Source: the human T2T-CHM13v2.0 reference genome, Homo sapiens
Strand: one strand, 5' to 3'
Length of the DNA stretch: 64,000 nucleotides
Assembly (NCBI RefSeq): GCF_009914755.1
Contig: NC_060930.1
This document shows positions 13,191 to 28,953 of this stretch, in pieces. The notes beneath the pieces were generated by a model. That model was not told where the DNA came from, made no database searches, and saw only the letters and a list, made by a program, of their open reading frames with translations. The first letter of the stretch is position 1. Every line of letters starts with the position of its first letter. The translations under genes were made by a program, and so were the position numbers.

Positions 13191-14136
13191 CATGGGTTCT
13201 TCGGAGGTCACAGACCTACTGTGTGTAACCGCACTAGTCTCTGATTCCTGCCTAACAAACTTGCGATTCCTTGACATATAATCCAAGTAATTAAGGTATC
13301 TTAGAAGCCATCCATCTGGTGCCAGTCCAGACCCCTAAACTGACGCTGCATAAACCCCATCAGCAGTTTCCTGGCAGGTAGTCCCACTGTGTACATCTGC
13401 ATGGAGGGAGTGTGGCATCTCCTGCATGGAGGATGTATGGCATCTCCTGTTGCTGGGCAACTTAGATTGACTAGGTGCTTCCTCTACCCAGCTTAAACTG
13501 GCCTCCCTCTAGAACACATACTCATTCCCCCTCACTCTGCCCTCCGGAGCAGTCTGTCACAAATCCTCTTCTTCAAGCCTGTTCACAGATTTGAGCACTG
13601 TGATGTAAGCTTTCCAGCAGCCCAGCTCCCGCAGTAACAAATTCATTCTCAGAGACCACAGAACTGATATTGGAGCATGAAGGACAGGGTCAGAAACAGG
13701 ACTGGACTCAGTGTTTGTCTCCACAGTTTTTCTCAGTGAGGCCCTCACAAAACCTGGTGTCTTTTTTAACAAAACCCTTCATCTGGTGATCTCCCCTGAG
13801 ACAGCTCAACAGTCTTCTCTTCTGTGGAGTCCATGGTTGGCCTCTGTTTATGATATATGTCTCAGAGCATATTGAAATTGTCTGTTTACATGTCTGTCCT
13901 TTCTCCAGACCATGAGCACTTAACGATATTCTTCTGCAGTTCTCGGCTCTTACTGCAGTGCCTGGCGTGCGGTGACACATTAATAGACACTTGAATACAC
14001 TGTGAGATCCCTGCGTCTTGCAGTTGTGATCATCTGGGTGAAGGAAAAAGAGGAATAGCTTTATTGAACAGCTAGTATATCCTGGGTACCTGTACTTGAG
14101 TTATATCATTTGACTCTTAAGAGCATTGTTGGACAA

Positions 14137-14462
<326 letters not shown>

Positions 14463-16131
14463 TTATAAAGTTGAAACTGAAACTTTGAAGCTTAGAAATA
14501 TGAAGGTAGCACCTGGGATTTGAGCCCAGGTCTGTTGAGCTCCCAGAACCCCACCACTTTTTCATATCCCCAAGCTGGCCCATGGGGTCCCCAAAACAGT
14601 GAGGAGAGGACTACAGCAGTAACTGTCCATATTTTCAACCATACAGAATTTAGTCCATTCCTTAACCACTTCCCCGTTTCAGAGATGCTTTTTATTGAAT
14701 GGTAAAAATGTATGTACCTGACTGTGAGAACCACTTAAGATGGGGTAATGAGTCATCCAGTGCACTGTGTTTTGTTGTGTCCCGAATGCCACATCTAGAT
14801 AAGATGCTTCTGGAAAACCGGGTCCACAGCATGGTCACCTTTTGGTCTCCCGCTGTACCTGGGTAATATGAGACACAGTGGCATTTAATTCTGTTGACAT
14901 GCACATTCCGTTCTCCTGAGTGCTAATTCATATCCTCATATTCCTTGAAAAGTTACCTCCTCCAAGATCCCTTATTGCAGTTGACTTCCCCTTGGTGCTC
15001 CCGATTTATTACACATCGGTGAATTATATTGATTTTATTTGCAGTTGATTTCTTGCTTTGCTCTTTGTGACCTTCAGCTATTTTTCTCTGCATGTGTCTC
15101 CAGCTATCTTAAAAGGCAGGAACTAGTGACTTCTTTTTTTTCCTTCTCCTCCACTCAGCCCCTAGAATAGAGCTCTGTAAACAGTGCACAGGTGACCAAT
15201 AAATACTTTTGACTCCTTGAGCTTGATAGCTTCTTTCCCTTGCTGGACTGACAGCCTAACACTGGAGCCTGAATCCTTTATTTATTAGATGAGATTTCTA
15301 TAGCACCTTTACTCTGAGAAGATCAGTATCAATGAAGTTTGTTTCTGCTTCTGGAAAGTGCTTTTTACCTAAGCAGACCAAAGTCCTGATAAGACCACAT
15401 GACAGCCCTTACTCCTCAGCTGCTGGGGCCTGGAGACGCAGACTAAGAAAAGCCTCACCACTTCACATTTTGCTGTCTTGTTGCCAGCCACGAGCCTGAA
15501 TAAGATTCTGTGCCAGCATAAACTCTAATGTTGGTGGATACTGTAGTCAGTGTTACAAAAAGAGCATTTGCATTTGGAGAGCATTGCCATCTTTTGGAAG
15601 GGAGACATGGAGAAGACTGCCTTAGAGGTCAGTATATCTGCCAATAACCAGATCCCTGTGAATGGAGCTTTCATGGGTTGTTGGCTTTCACCTAGTGCCT
15701 GATGTCAGGGGGCACTAGAACTGTTCAGTCTCTCGAAGTCGTGTTGCTTAGTGAGCTAAGGTTACTGGGACAGGACCCATGAGGGGCGTGACAGGTGATA
15801 CATTCCCAGAGACTCAAAAGGAACAAGCCCTGGATAAGTTGGGAATAAGCGCTGAGAGGTGACACTCTTAACTGTTGGGAAAAGGGGCTAGCACACTTCA
15901 GATCTGGATAGTTGAGACTGACCATGAAATACTACAGCAAAGTTCAGAGGCAAAAAAACTGAAAAAGGTGGATGTGTTAGCCCTATAGTTCATTGGAGAA
16001 GTGCCTAAAATAATTGGATTAACTGGCTTCTCTAAGAAATTTCTCACCTTTCTACATCTCCGTGTTTTGTGCAGGCATCCCCATCCATAATTCAGGGTTA
16101 GACAGAGCTCAGTTAAGAAATGAACACGTGA

Positions 16132-16506
<375 letters not shown>

Positions 16507-18698
16507 TTACTAGCATCACCAAGTTTGGCCTGCCCTTGAGCCTGCAGTCCAGAAGGCTCCCTTCTCTGTGGAGCAGGTATTAAGGCAGTCATAGCTGTGG
16601 ATTTCCTTTTCCTTTTCCTTTTTTGAGAAACAAAAATGGTCACAAGTAAAAAGAAATCCATGTGTTGGAGAGAAAAGAGACACAGTAGAGAAGGACTAGA
16701 AATGTCTGGAAATGGAGGCGGGGCAAAAATGGAGGTGTGATGGTGGGTGTGGGAAGTCCACTGGCATTGACCTGAGAGAGGTGTTTGGACACAGCTGCCA
16801 GTGCCTGAGGATGCCACCGCTTATTTCCTCCTGAGATGTGAAGGATGTTCCCTTTCTCTGTTGTTGCCTGTGGAAATGAGAGGCAGAGCCACCTGTACTG
16901 TCTAGTGTATTGCTATACCCCAGTACAGTGCCTGTGACACAGTCCAAGGAAGATTACAGGGAATGTCCCATGTAGCTTTGGATACTTCCTTGTTCGTGAT
17001 CACAGGCCACACCAACTGGTGCACATGCTAAAATGTACAGTGCCTGGGTGGGTGACCGGAAGACAGATGACTCTGGCCCGTGGGGAGTACTGCCTGACTG
17101 CTGTCTTCCATAGAAGACAGATCTTTGCATGATCCAAGGCAGGCCTGCTTCATTTACTCTGATGGCTCCTCCAGAAAAGTACTTTGGGACGGCAAGGGAG
17201 CTAGGGATGAGTGTGTTCCATGCCGATACTAGATTTCTTTGTTAGTATTAAATACTTGCTTTTGCTCTAGGCCACAGGGTGGGAGGTGGCAGGCAGTGGC
17301 TACCACAGGTGAAGATGGGTCCTGTGGGTCCAGGAGACAGGCTGGCAGCCACCTGTCTGTGCCTTGAGGACTGTAAGGGTCATCAGGACACGTGCTGTGC
17401 ACAGCAGGCCACTGTTCTCCACACACCCAGTGCTGTTCTTTCTTGGACCATGGCAGCTGTGAGTCAGCGCACCGTGTAGTTTGTGCATCCTTGTGATGAA
17501 TGCACAGGATGACATTTGTTTCCCTGAGCTCTGCACCATATGTTCTAGATTCACCCAGGAAGTGGGGGTTCCAGATTTACAAACTAAAGGGCTAGGTTTA
17601 TGTTAATACTCTTGCATCAATTAAATTGCTCTTCCCTCAAATCCAGGATTAATTTTCCATGGAATCTGGAGTAACTGACCAAAATACCAGGGTGGAATAG
17701 GAAATGGATGTCAGTGGGAATTGTGTGGTTACATTCAATTCTGTGTTGTCTGTACTCCGCTTGTTTGTAATTATGAGCAACAGCAAAGCTTCAGTTCCAG
17801 GAGAGTATCCAGTGCTATCTTGGACATTTCTGGGTTACCTCTAAGAGTGAGCTCAGCAAGTGTAGGCTCCTATGAATAACGGCAATAGAAAGGCACTGTT
17901 AGGAAAGTAAACGTGCTACTGCAAAAAACAGGATACACCACAAGCCAGACAGCAGTAGTTTTTCAGTTGTGCCCAGTGCACTTGTGTTCACCCAGGTAAC
18001 TGGATGAACTGTGTGGTGATGGTGTTCTCCTGTGAGGGGGAGGGGCACAGTTACTAGCATTAAATATTGCTAGAAGTAATATTTTTCTGTTTTTCTATCT
18101 TGTTGCTAGAAGCAATATGTTTCTATTTTTAATGAGTCAAATGCTGACTCTATTTATTTATTCATTCTGTTCATCTTTATTGAGTTGTAGAGGAAGAGCA
18201 AGGAGTAAAACTGACAAAAGTCCCTGACCTCTTGGTGCTTTTATTCTTTAGGGGAGAGATGCAGTAAGCAAGGGAACAGATAAACAAGGTAATTTCTGAT
18301 GGGAGCAGGAGATATGATGTAATAAAATGACAGTGTGATAAGGGAAAGGGGGAGCTGCAAATAGGGAAGGGGGAGGCCAGCACCTGGGAGGACATGAAAG
18401 CTGAGCTGAACATAAAAGCTGGGAGAGCCAGCCATTCAGAGAGTTGGGAGAGCAGTGCCCTAGACAGAACAAAGGCCCTGGAGGGAGGAACAAACTTGGT
18501 GTATCTGAGGAAGAGAAAGCTGGCCAGCCCGGCCAGAGCACAGTGCGTTGCGGGAGGAGAGTGGAGACGCAGCAGGGATCAGTCGGGGGCTTGCATGTCT
18601 TTGCAAAGAATCTGATTATTGTAAACATAGTGAGAAGGCATTGAATGGTTTTAAGCAAAGGAGTGATCTGACTTAAATTTTAAAAATATTCCCCTGGA

Positions 18699-18842
18699 GA
18701 GCCAGGCACGGTAACTCACAGCTGTAATCTTAGCACTGGGGACGCGGAGGTGGGAGTATCAGTTGAGCTCAGGAGTTGGAGACCAACCTGGGCAACATAG
18801 TGAGACCTTGTCTCTATTAAAGAAAGAAAAAAAAAAGAAAAA
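18699..18842 (+). mobile_element. FLAM/Alu left monomer
   Basis: Single Alu monomer with A tail. Confidence 0.85.
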
Positions 18843-20376
18843 TATATTTCTCTGGGAGAGAAACACATGCTTGTGTATGCACAGATGCATGGACTCTCAA
18901 GAATACATAAAAATAGACAGTGGTGGTGGTTGCTGGGCTTCTGGAGAGGGTAACAGAATGAGATGGGAGACTTACTTTCTGCTAAATATCATTTTATACA
19001 ATTTGAATTTTTATTATATTCATGTACTACCTTTAAATAGGCAAAGTAAGAATGAACAAATACAAAACAAGTACATCTCAGGTCAATTTTTTTTTTTTAA
19101 ATCCAGAAGTTCCCTCCAACTGCTGGGAGGGGGACGGCTTGGAGGGCAGCAAAGGCAGAAGCAGGCAACACGCCTGAGCTCTAGCAGCCTGGTGGAGCCA
19201 TCGGCCTCACCGCATTCCAGCCCTGCTGGCTGCCTTTGTCTTCCATCAGTATGCTGAGCTTATTCCTGCCACAGGACATTTGCATGAGAAGAGGTGCAGA
19301 GCCGATTCAGGACATCATTTAGATCTAACTAGACCTCTAATAAAGTCAGTGTGAGGAGTAAGGAAAAGAGAGGAATCAAGAATTGAGCCCACAGTTTGAC
19401 TTGAACAGCAGCTGGGTGGATATATTGCCACTCACACTGAGGCAGAGAAGATGAGGAGATAAACTAACAGAGGTCAAGAAGATGAAGAGTTGTTTCAAAC
19501 ATGGTACAGTTGAGATTCCTAGCATTATTCTAGTCAGACGTGTTTGTCAAGTAGGCCATTGGATATCGGGATTTGGATTTGAGGGGAATTCATAGATGGA
19601 AATATAAGTTCAAGAGGCATCAGCATGGATACCCTATTTGGATCTGGATGAAATTACCTAAAGGAGAAAATGCAGGAGGACGTGATGCTGGGTGATTTTA
19701 GAGGAGAAACCATGAAGGATTCCAAGGAGCAGCAGTTGGTCAGGTGGGAAGAAAGGAGTGTGACATCACAGAAGATGAAAAATAAAAGTATTTTAAGAAA
19801 CAGAAAAGTGGACAAATGCTGTAGAGGTTGAGGTGAGGATATTGGATTTCGCCCCTTGAATACCTGATTGGCCTTTGCTTGCTCCCTAGGGTTCAGAGAA
19901 CACAGTCTTTCTATACCTAACCTATCATTCATTTACCTGACCAAAATATTTTGAGTGAACCAAGCAGTATTTTAGGGATAGAGGATATGTGATAAATTAC
20001 AGAAGCATGGTGCTTGATTTTATGAAATCTAGCCAAGGAGACAAATTAAATGAACAAATTCCACAAATGACGCTAAATTAAAATTGTGACTAGTGATTGA
20101 AGGAAAAGTTCAAGATGCCTTGAAAGCATCCAACTGGGCCCTAACCTAGTCTGAGGGTCCAGGAAGATCTTCCTGAGGAAGTCATTGAAGCTAAGGCCTG
20201 AGTAAGCAAGAATTTCCTTTGGAAGTCAGTGTGTCTGGGACATAGAATGCAAGGGAGTAAATGGCACAAGGGGAAGCGGCAGCCAGGGTTGAGATCGTGC
20301 TTCAGTGGGGAAATTTTTATTGTAATCAGTGGAGCACGGTAATCACAGACAGGGCTGGATCTCATCATCTCATCAT

Positions 20377-20596
20377 GTTGGCTGCCCTGAGGAAGGTGGC
20401 TTTGATGTGGGGCGACCACCTAAAGGAAGCTGTTGCAGTAGCCTCGGAAAAAAGTTACTGGTCTCTTTGACTAGGTGGTGGCTTATGACGCTGGCTGCTC
20501 TGAGGAAGGTGGATTTGATATGGGGCGACCACCTAAAGGAGGCTATTGCAGTAGCCCTGGAAAAAAAGATTCTGGCGGCTTTGACTAGGTGGTGGC
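20377..20596. repeat. 113-bp tandem duplication (2 diverged copies)
   Basis: ctgaggaaggtgg at 20387 and 20500; both copies contain ggggcgaccacctaaagga and tttgactaggtggtggc. Confidence 0.9.
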
Positions 20597-21138
20597 AGTA
20601 GAGATGGCAAGAAGTGAATGGATTTGATTTTTGGAAATCGTATCCACAAGACTCGGTAATTGAATGTGAAGAGTAAGTAAGGTATCAGTGATGACTCCAG
20701 GTTTGTGTCATGAGCCACTGGCTGCATGGTGGCCCTATTCTCTTAGAATGGGAGACATTGAAGAAGAAGCAGATTTGTGAGGAAGTAGCAAGTGTCCTAT
20801 GTTAGACATCTCAAGTCTGAAATACCTGAGATGCCAAGTAGATAATTGAATACACAGATATGGAGCTCCAAAGAGAGGTCTGGGGCAGAGAGATAAATTT
20901 CAGAATTGTTAGCATACATAGTTAGAATTTTAACCTTGAAGAAGAGTGTGAAGAGTGTAGGATTAAGACAAAAAGAAGGTCCAGCACTGAATAATGCTAA
21001 TATTTCAAGGATAGCAGATGAAGAGCTATCAGAGAAAGAGAAGGAAAACAAGGTAAGCAGATGTCACAGAGCCCACAGGAGTAGTCAGCTTTCTAGAGGT
21101 TCTAAGTGATAATTGAAAAGGGTCATTAGATTTAGTGA

Positions 21139-21354
<216 letters not shown>

Positions 21355-24300
21355 TAACCATTAGGTGAAGTCATCATATCTGAGCCCCCTCTCCTACACC
21401 CCCAAGTGAAATGGAACTGGGCTATGTGGTTATTAATACCTTCCACACAGGAGATTTGTAGAGTCCTTTAGTGGGCTATCCATTCAGTAGGGCTTTCACT
21501 ATAGTGTGTAGTCTGACTTCAGATTTGAACTCATGTCTGCAGAAAATATTTTTCTATACTGAATAAGCCTCTTCCCCTTCAGGGCAGGTGTTTTTAAATA
21601 AACTAACTTTAAACATGGAGAATCAAGAAGCCAGCTTCTCTGCCCGCCCCCACCCCCACCCACACCACACAGTCTTATAACAGTGGACAGCAGACATTGT
21701 AGGACTTCTGACCTTGCAGTTCAGATTTTGTGGAAACGGGGCAAAAGCATGCTTGTACTTCTAAGCTCCTCGGAATGACCTTTTTGAGTTATCGTGGTGA
21801 AAACAAGAAGCCCTTAGAGAAACTTCATTCTTAAAACAAGCACATAAAACAAGTGCATGTGATGCTGGCACAGTTTGGGTGAAAACATAGATTGTTTGCA
21901 GAATGTCTACAGCCCATTCCTTTCTCCTGCTCTTCCTTTCACTACAGCTCCCAGCCTGACAGTCTTGGGGAAATAGACATGAGGCTTTTCAACAAACAAT
22001 CAGTACGTGACCAAACTTGGCAACACATGCTCTGCCTCTGTTTGTGACAGAGGCTTGCAGAATACTCAGCTGTACCTGTAGAGGAGCTCCTCTCTGATGT
22101 CCTTGGAAAGTTTCCGTGTCCCTTTCATGGTGTCCCTAACCACTGAGTACTTTCCAGGCTGCACTATATAGTCTTTGTATATTTAATTCAGATTTCTCTG
22201 AAATTTGCATATCTTCAGAAATTTTTACTTAGCTTGTCACTTAGCATGCATTTATAGTCTGTAAAGACAGGCTTGTGGAGGGGGAGAGAGGAAACTTGTA
22301 CATCATATGTTCAGAGGAAGATTTCCACATTCGTTCTCTTTTGTCGGCAGTGACTTCTCAAAGGAGAATGGAACCAGAATCTAGATGGGGAGGTAAAAGC
22401 AAGTGGGGCAGAAAAAATGTTGTGTGAATGGAGGAGGAAGGAACAGACATGATGGGGGAAGGGGGTCAGAGTCATAATGCCAAGCATGTCAGCTGCACCG
22501 TGTAGGGCAAAATGGCAAAAGGGATGACCCCACCCCGAAGAATCATCCCAGGACCAACCAGCCTTCCTTGAGCACATGCCGGGTGCTTCACAGGCACGGT
22601 TTTCATTTATGCCCGTAACAGCCCCATCTTAGAGCAGACACAGCGGAGGTTCTTCAAGGTTAAATGGCCTGAGCCACATAACTGTCAAAACAGGGCAGCA
22701 GGAACCTGAATTCAGTACTTGGGTCTAAAGCTCACACTCCATGCTGTATTATCCTGAAAGAGAATGTGTAGTTCAGCTGTTAAGGGACTTGCTGTGGAAG
22801 CAGGGTTGAAACTAAGTTACAGGTCTCTCCCTACCCCAGTTTCTCATCTTCATACTCCCTGTGATCCCAGTGTGTTGATTGAAAGGTCAGTTGGGAAAGA
22901 TGGGGAAAATGTTCCTTTCTTTTCCAGGTGTTTCTCTGGAGAGAGATGTGTGGCATTTATAGTCTGATGCCCCCTGACCACGTTGCCACTCGGACATTCT
23001 GTGACTTGGATGAACTGACTCTTGCCTGCAAAGGTGCCTTCAGGGAGGCTAAACAGGCCACAGCTCCCTGGTGAGCCATGTGTCAGGAGCCTGGCAACTG
23101 AGTTACCCCCATGGGCCCAGGCTGTGTCTTCAGCAGCTCCTGGATGGAATGCGTGCCTCCCCTTTTGTCATCTCTACTTTAACTTTGGAGCTGGTTTTGT
23201 AGGAGACTGCTCTGTTTGAGAAGATAATCTTTTAAAGGATTGGGAAATGCTGAAAGAGAAAGCCAAACAAATCAGGAGCCTACTGAAAGGAGGATAAGGT
23301 CGTTCCCAAAACAGAAGTTTCGTACCAGCACAGCACTCTTCCCCTGAGAGCCGTGTAGAGGCTGGAGGAGGTGGAGGGGCCCGCCAGCAGTGCAGGTGCC
23401 TCCTTAGGGGTTTTTGGACCCTAAAGACTGCCCCAGGTACCAAGTGGTTAATGCCATCTGCTTTCAGCTACTGAAATGAAATGATGTTTGAAAGAGCAAG
23501 TCATTTCATTATTCTTGTGGCAAAAACTGCCTTGAGCCATTTTCTCTTAGTTTTTAAATATATGTTCATCTCCAGATAAAACAGCCTAGCATATGAGCCT
23601 GCAGCCAGCCCCCGTCTCCTTGTGGGCTGGGCATTGAAGGGCTTGCTTGGAGGAGAGTTCTCATAAGTCACAATATCTTTCATGGTGTGGGCCTCCTAAC
23701 CTTACCCTACCCGCTGGGTTGCAAAAATAGGTTTTCCTATATGGAGGCAAAAGAGTAAGCGATGGAAGGTTTGTTCTCTGGCTGTCAGGTAAAGTGAGGG
23801 CTGCTTGAGCTGGGTGATAGAAGGAGACATTACTGGGACGAAGCCGACATTCTCCACAGAGGAGAGGAAAGAGGTAATTAGAGCTTTTGCAAGAATGGGG
23901 CTGTCTGGAGAAACAATAATAAAGGACATCAACAGTGGTGAATTTTTTTATACTTTTAAAATGGCATGTGTACAAACTGCATGGGGAGCTTCGTTAGCTG
24001 GACTGTGGCACAGTTTTCTTGCCTGCACTGCTGACGGCTCTCTGAGAGCGATGTGACGGCACATGCCAAGGGAGGGCTCTCAATCACCGCTGACTGCACA
24101 CAGCTGCCTTATGAGTTCTTTGCACAAGGCTTTTGTATCTTTGCCTCTATCATACTGCTTTTGGTTCTAACATTTAGCTGGCATGTAACTGATATTTTAA
24201 TTTATTTGGGGGAAAGCAGATGATTGCTTCTCTTTTAAAGCTGTCTCGATATGATTTAGTGTTTCTTATGAAATTGTTGAGGAGGAGTGTGGGCTTTTCT

Positions 24301-24840
24301 AAATTGCAAGTTTTCCTTCTCTTTGAAAAGCAGACAGACTGATGCCCAGCTTGTTGATTCACTGTGGCTTTGGTTCCAGTGCCCTGGGCAGCTGACTTCT
24401 GTCCATCCAGTGGTTCTCTTCTCAGCCCAGCAGAGCACTATGTCAGCCAACTCAGCAAGCTGGGATCCAGTTCTGTTTATTGGAGTCTAATGATTTTCCC
24501 CCTACCATGCAAAGCCAGGGATGGAGGAGAATGCAAAGCAGATGCCTTCCATTCCCAAAACACCTGCAGCTGCTTTGCCTGTACCCTGGCCTGATGAAAT
24601 AAAATGCATTTAGATCCTTTAATATAATACATTTCTGTGCTACAAATTCTGCCTTGGGCATTGGGTCACCGGATGTGGTATAATCCAGGGATTGCTGCTG
24701 GTGGGAGTATAAATGGCTAATGCTTTACAACAAGCTTCCTTGTAACCACCTGCTGTTCCCAACGTGTACTTACATATGAGCTATGAGGTCAGTGAGCTGT
24801 CCTAAGCTTTAAACAATTATTACCTTGCTAGAAAAATGTG

Positions 24841-24842
24841 AT

Positions 24843-24887
<45 letters not shown>

Positions 24888-24910
24888 ATATATATATATA
24901 TTTTTTTTTT
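24841..24910. repeat. Interrupted (TA)n microsatellite plus T10
   Basis: Directly visible. Confidence 0.95.
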
Positions 24911-27606
24911 AATAAGGTTGCTTGATCATTTAAGGAAGATGGGTCGGGGATATTTGTCATTTATTTTTGAAATAGACACTTTAGATGCCAAGTGGTTCAT
25001 GAGTTGATGTACCACTTGAGATTAATGAGTTGAGATTTGGAGGGTCAACTCAGGATGCTTTGGGAGGTCTTGGATAGCTTCTGTCTGCTGGAGCTCATGT
25101 GCATCCACAGGAATAGTCTCTGATTTACCAAAGAACCAGATCTACCTGCCTGGGCCCCATCACTGTGCTGCGCCCAGCACAGGCTAGGGGGTGGTGAGCA
25201 GGTGCCTCTGCGCAGACAGCAGCGTGCTGCCACCTCGGGCTGCACACCAGCAGAGGCAGAGTGTGTTACAGTACCACATCCCCAAGGCTCATCAGTATTT
25301 TTAGGTCCTCCTTCAACTTTTGACAATTTAAAATTTAAATGAGCAAGAAGTGTAAAACATTTGCAAATGAGGTAAAAACACCTGAGCAGCTGGAGCTGCA
25401 GCCCTCCCTGGGCTGTGGCTTTAATAAAACAGCCACTTGAGGGAGCTTCCAAGTGAGGGATCTGCAAGAAAGCAAATGTTTAATTTATTATAGTCCAAAA
25501 GTATCCAGAGCTGTCCAGTTTTGCCAACTTGAAATAATTCTTTTTACTTCAAGATAAAGCCAATATTTAACATTTCTGTCTGGCACCGATTGAATCAAAA
25601 TGTCAGGGGCTCAACTTTTGTGACTTTCAGCATCACCTTCTTTGTCTCCCTCAGGAAATTCTGTGTAAAAGGGCAGTTCAACACCTGCCCAATTCTTAGG
25701 GATTGGAGGGAAATGCTGGCCTGTAGGGTCCAAGGGCCTCAGCCAAGGGTAGAGGCCTCACCTCAGGCAGGATGTAAGGTGGGCTCCTTCCCTCTGCCCT
25801 CCAGCTCCTGCTCCACCCACCTCTCCAGACCCCTTACAGTAGCCATTCCCTGTGGCCACTGGGGGAAGGGAACCAGCGGACGCTACTTGACTTGGTTCAG
25901 CTGCCCTCTGTGCCTAGCCTGCCAGCATTGTCGAGAGGTAAAGAACACAGAACACACACCCAGCCCGACCTTCTAGGTTGAGTTACACCTTGGAGTGTTC
26001 CTTTTGGGCAGTGATTGATGTTGATTTTTGTATATAAGTGAGTGAGATGTTGTTACAATTTTCACAGCACTTAGAACAAGGTGTTAGATGTTGTGGCACC
26101 TTTGCCTAATTATGGCATTTGTGCAGATTGTTCTCAGTCATGTAGGTTTAGTCTCAAAACATCCACTCCTCCTCCCTGTGTAGACAGAGGTAAGCTGTGG
26201 CTGTGGATGAGAGCATCTGAATGAATTGTATCCATTTCAGATGTTAGCTTTAAAAGCTATAGGGTCATGTTAGAAGTTTGGTTCCCGCCAAATGAGTAAT
26301 TTTAGAGATCTGCACATCAGATCTTTATGGGTCTTGGAAAAATGCTCCTCCTCAGTTCAATTTTCTGCCGGGAATGTGTTTCTAAGGCCCTTTAGGTATT
26401 GGGCATCTTCAGGTTTATGTGGCACATGGGTCATTAGGGCCATAGGCCCCATTTCTGCATCAGGAGGGCTGAGTCCAGATGTTCTGGTTTAATATTTATG
26501 AGTGGCTTCCATTGAAATACCTGTCCTTCCGAGAGAAGTGCCCCTACCCCCTGCCTCTCTATTCCGGGTGAGTGAGCTGAAAACTGCCTCCTGCTTTTCT
26601 CATTCACATGGGATTCTTTCAGAACAGAGTTTTAGATAGGTCTTGAATTGTGTTTTTGCCTTTTGCCATAATCTTGTGTCTTTGGTAGCAACAGTCAGGG
26701 AAGTGATTGCTCTACCCCCATCACTGTGCCAAGCCACAGGCTTGGGCGGGGCCCCGGGATGACAGCCTTCGGTGGTTCAGCCACTGTGGCTGTCTGGACA
26801 GGCATCCTCTTCTTCCATTCCTGTTCCATGTGCCCCCTCGCGATGCTGTCTGCTCACTTGAAGGAGATCTTCTCAGATGGAGGGTGTAGCTGGTGGAGAC
26901 CCTGGGGAAACCTTCCCCCCAGATCACAGGGGGTGTCTGGTACTACTTGCTGTGGTTGGGCCTCCTCAGTAGTCCTGCTCTCTCTCTTCCCATGCCCAGG
27001 GCAGCCTGTCAGAAGCCAGAATGGTAGCAGGCAGAGAGAGGCCTCAGTCCAGAGGGCCATGGAAAGTGGAGTCATGGAGCACAGTGCCTGCAGAGCTGCT
27101 GTTTTTCCCTCCCTTTGAAATCGAGGGCTCATCCTAAATTGCTCTTCAGTGCCAACAAGCAAAGGGACGCCCACACAAGTTCTTCAGCATTTTGTACAGA
27201 TTTACTGAACGCAACTCAGGCATCCTTAAGGAAGCTCTGCAGCTTCCTCCTGGACCAGTATTTCATGAAAATCCAGTAATCTTGGGCTCTAAGGAGCAGG
27301 GTAGCCAGTCATGTGACTTGGCAGGGGAAAGGGCTAAGGTTAAACCACATTTAGCAGGCAGATTACATTTTCAGCCACTTTGCCATGACTCTTCCTCTCT
27401 CTTTTTGGGGGGTGAGCATCCTTTTAACCATATTCCCCTATCCCTTATCCTCCTTTATCCCTTCAAAGCACCAAATGATATATAGCTGTAGTAAGCAAAA
27501 ATCTGTTGAAATGTTTTTAAAATTACATGCTGCTGAACGATAGGGCCATAAGGAAAGTGTAGATATGGGAATGTATGTATGTGAATGAGTCAGTGAATTT
27601 GATTTT

Positions 27607-28953
27607 TTTTATTTGTACAAATGTATGGGGTACATGAGAAATTCTGTTACATGTATATAATGCATGTGATCAGGTCAGGGTTAGGGTGTCTGTCACCCGA
27701 GTGCAGTACATTTTTGCTAAGTATAGTCATCCTACTCCACTATCTAACATTGAATTTATTCCTTCTATCTTACTATGTGTTTATACCCTTTAATCCACTT
27801 CTCTTCATCCTCCTCCCTCTCCACATTCACCCTCCCAGTCTCTCTCTTTTCACTCTCTACCTCCATGTGTTTAAATTATTTAGCTCCTGAATATAAGTGA
27901 GAACATGGGATATTTGCCTTTGTGTGCCTGGTGTATTTCACTTAAGATAATGACTTCCAGCTCCATCCATGTTGCTGCAACTGACATGATTTCATTCTTT
28001 TTGACTGAAGAGTATTCCTTTGTGTATATATACTACATTTTATTTATCCATTCATCCCTTGATGGACACTGAGGTTGATTTCATATCTTTGCTTTTGTGA
28101 ATAGTGCCACAATAAACATGCGAATGCAGGCATCCCTTTGATATATTGACTTTTTTTCCTTTGGGTAGATACCCTGTGGTGGGATTGCTGGATCAAATGA
28201 TAATTCTTAGTTTTTTGAGAAATTTCCATAGCGGTTTCTATAGTGGCTTTCCTAGTTGACATTCCCACCAACAGTGGGAGTCCTTTTCTCTGCATCCTCG
28301 CCAGGATCTGTTATTTTTTTGTCTTTTTAACAATAGCCATACTGACTGGGGTAAGATATCTCATTGTGGTTTTGATTTGTATTTCTCTGATGATTAATGA
28401 TGTTGAGTATTTTTTATTCACCTATTGACTGTACATCTTCTTTTGATAATTGTCTATTCATGTCCTTTGCCAGTTTTTAATAGGATTTTTTTTTTCCTGT
28501 TAAGTACCTTATGTACTCTGGATATAGTCCCCTGTCAGATGAGTGATTTGCAGATATTTTTTCCCATTTGGCAGGTTTTCTCTTTACCTGTTTGATTATT
28601 TCCTTTGCTGTGCAGAAGCTTTTAATTTAGTTAAGTCTCATTTGTCTATTTTTGTTTTTGTTGCCTGTGCTTTTGAGGTCTTAGTCATAAATTCTTTGCC
28701 TAGATCAATGTCCATAAGAGTTTTCCCTAGGTTTTCTTGTAGTATTCTTACAGTTTCAGGTCTTGAGTTGAAGTCTTGAGTCCATTTTGAGTTGATTTTT
28801 GTGTGTGGTGAAAGATAGGGGTCCAGTCTCACTCTTCTGCATGTAGCAGGCCAATTCTCTGAGCACCATTTATTGAAGAGGATTTCCTCTTCCCAGTGTA
28901 AGTTCTCATTGGCTTTGTCAAAGATCAGCCGGCTGTGAATATATGGCTTTATT
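27607..28953 (-). mobile_element. 5'-truncated L1MA-type LINE-1
   Basis: L1MA 3'UTR and ORF2-end remnant (MRLDPYLSPHTKINSKW); 13-bp TSD tgaatttgatttt at 27594-27606 and 28954-28966 with a TT|AAAA site. Confidence 0.9.
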
